Shown here one piece after another: positions 61,764-64,000 of a stretch of 64,000 nt of DNA. The position numbers and the translations under genes were made by a program. The notes under the pieces are model-generated. The model saw only the letters and a program-made list of their open reading frames with translations. It did no database searches and was not told the DNA's origin. The first letter of the stretch is position 1, and each line of letters starts with the position of its first letter. Origin of the DNA: Torpedo marmorata (taxonomy: Eukaryota); contig OZ360219.1 in assembly GCA_977017645.1 (NCBI GenBank), positions 179,552,001 to 179,616,000 of the forward strand, in the 5' to 3' direction.

Positions 61764-63064
61764 TTCTGTTTAACCTTTCCCTGTAACTCAGTTCCTGAAG
61801 TCCGGAAAACATCCTAGTAAATCTTCTCTGCACTCTTTCTATCTTATTGATGTCTTTCCTGTAGTTAGGTGACCAAAACTGCACACAATACTCAAAATTT
61901 AGCCTCACCAATGTCTTATACAACTTTAACATAACATCCCAGCTCCTGTACTCAATACTTTGATTTATGAATGCCAATATGCCAAAAGCTCTCTTTACAA
62001 CCCTATCCACCTGTTACGCCACTTTCAGGGAATTATGTATCTGTATTCCCAGATCTGTTCTACCGCACTCCTCAGTGCCCTACCATTTACTGTGTATGTC
62101 CTTTCGTGGTTTGTCCTTCCAAAATGCAACACCTCACACTTATCTGCATTAAATTCCATCTGCCATTTTTCAGCCCATTTTTCCAGCTGGTCCAGATCCC
62201 TCTGCAAGCTTTGAAAACCTTCTTCGCTGTCCACAACACCTCCAATCTTAGTGTCATCTGCAAACGTGCTGATCCAATTTACCGCATTATCATACACATC
62301 ATTGATATAGATGACAAACAACAATGGTCCCAGCACTGATCCCTGAGGCACACCTCCAGTCTGAGAAGCAATCATCCACCACTACTCTCTGGCTTCTCCT
62401 GTCCAGCCATTGTCGAATCGAGTTCACTACTTCACAATGAATACCTAGCGTCTGAACCTTCCTGACTAACCTCCCATGCGGGACCATATCAAAGGCCTTA
62501 CTAAAGTCCATGTGGACAATATCCACAGCCTTTCTTTTGTCAACTTTCCTGGTAACCTCCTCAAAACCCTCTATAAGATTTGTTAAACACGGCCTACCGC
62601 GCACAAAGCCATGTTGACTATCTCTAATCAGTTTGTGGCTATCCAAATAATTGAATATCCGATCTCTTAGAACACCTTCCAATAATTTACCTACTACTCA
62701 CGTCAGGCTCACCGGCCTATAATTTCCAGGGTTACTTTTGGAACCAACGGAACAACGTGAGCTACCCTCCAATCCTCTGGCACCACACCCGTGGCTAAGG
62801 ACATTTTAAATATTTCTGCCAGAGCCCTTGCAATTTCTACATTAGCCTCCCTCAAGGTTCAAGGGAATATCTTGTCAGGCCCTGGGGATTTATCCACCCT
62901 TATTTGCTTTAAGACAGCAAGCACTTCTTCCTCTTTAATCTGTATAGGTTCCATGACATCACTGCTTGTTTTCCTTACTTCCTACGACTCTGTGCCCTTT
63001 TCCTGAGTGAATACCAATGAAAAAAAAAACATTTAAGATCTCTCCCATCTTTTTTGGCTCCATA

Positions 63065-63258
63065 CTACAGCACCAATAGCCTGAATACGACTGGGATTGT
63101 CTGATCTCGGAAGCTAAGCAGGCACAGGACTGATCAGCACTTGGAGGGGAGACCGCCTTGGAACACCAGGTGCTTTAGGTTTCTGTGAGGGGCGCTGGAC
63201 AAAATAGCGATCCTCTGCCTTACGGTAGACAAAAATGAAAGAATTTTATGTATGTTAA
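63065..63258 (+). mobile_element. 5S rRNA-derived SINE (SINE3-like): diverged 5S head 63065-63182 plus about 75-bp body/tail
   Basis: gtctgatctcggaagctaagcagg (box A), cttggaggggagaccgcc (box C) and ggaacaccaggtgctttagg match 5S rRNA; inserted in CR1 in the opposite orientation. Confidence 0.8.
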
Positions 63259-64000
63259 AGCCAACCACTCTGATCTTCAAGGGGACCAAGTTTGTCCCTT
63301 ACTATCCTTCTGCTCTTTATATACCTGTAGAAACTCATAGGATTTTTCTTCACATTGTCTGCCAAAGTAACCTCATGTCTTCTTTTATCCTTCCTGATTT
63401 ATTTCTTGAGGTTTTTCTTGCATTTTTTATACTCCTCAAGTACCTCATTTGCTCCATGTTGCCTATACCTGTTATACACCTTCCGAACCAGATCCCCAAT
63501 ATCCCTCGAAAACCAAGGTTCCCTATGCCTTCTAACCTTGCCTTTGATCCTGACAGGAACATACAAACTCTGTACTCTCAAAATTTCACCTTTGAAGGTC
63601 TTCCACTTACCTCACACATCCTTGCCCGAAAACAACTTATCCCAATCCACGCATTCTAGATCCTTTCTCATTCCCTCAAAATTAGCCTTTCTCCAATTTA
63701 GAATCTCAAACTGAGGCCCAGACCTATCCTTCTCCATAATTAACTTGAAACTAAAGGCATTATGATCACTGGATCCAAAAATTTTCCCCTACAAACCTCT
63801 GTCACCTGTCCTGACTCGTTCCCTAATAGGATATCCACTATTGCACTCTCTCTAGTTGGTACCTCCATATATTGATTTAGAAAACTTTCCTGAACACATT
63901 TGATAAACTCCAAACCATCCAGCCCTTTTACAGTATGGGAGTCCCAGTCAATATGTGGAAAGTTAAAATCTCCTATTATCACAACCTTATGTTTCCTGCA

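Larger units (their letters stand above)
56978..64000 (-). mobile_element. CR1 LINE (endonuclease end to 3' UTR), interrupted by Gypsy 57396-61763 and a 5S-derived SINE
   Basis: GDFNFPHIDW (63740-63982), EPWFSR, DFSKAFD, GVPQGSVLGP..FADD, ERVQRRFTRM; 3' UTR ending near 56980. Confidence 0.92.

Noticed and set aside
63065-63182. Functional 5S rRNA gene
   Set aside because: Many substitutions, no oligo-T terminator, solitary, and inserted within a CR1.

Overview
Eukaryotic, almost entirely transposon-derived DNA, most likely from a cartilaginous fish (HE1-type V-SINEs, SacSINE1/DeuSINE-like sequence, HER1-like CR1 LINEs). No intact host gene is recognisable. In order, the window holds a 25-bp satellite (1-2716), a decayed hAT transposon, and many CR1, Rex1/Babar and L1-clade LINE fragments. 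It also holds a young Neptune-type Penelope family (one near full-length copy with RT plus GIY-YIG, and several short copies with hammerhead-like motifs), four LTR elements (two Mag-like Gypsy, one Gmr1-like Gypsy, one BEL/Pao) and a 5S-derived SINE. The best candidate for something undescribed is the BEL/Pao element (11215-18093, minus strand): its RT/RNaseH/integrase core is replaced by a coiled-coil segment resembling vertebrate MIPOL1, and its Gag starts with a SAFB/SLTM-like SAP domain. Other highlights: (i) a very young Gypsy whose gag/PR region is replaced by an antisense copy of its own pol and whose integrase tail carries 13 KSP repeats; (ii) a Gypsy with a 14-bp PBS-to-LTR inverted repeat suggesting self-priming; (iii) a compensated frameshift inside the Penelope ORF. 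All protein and family similarities are from recall, not database searches. Boundaries of old fragments are approximate.
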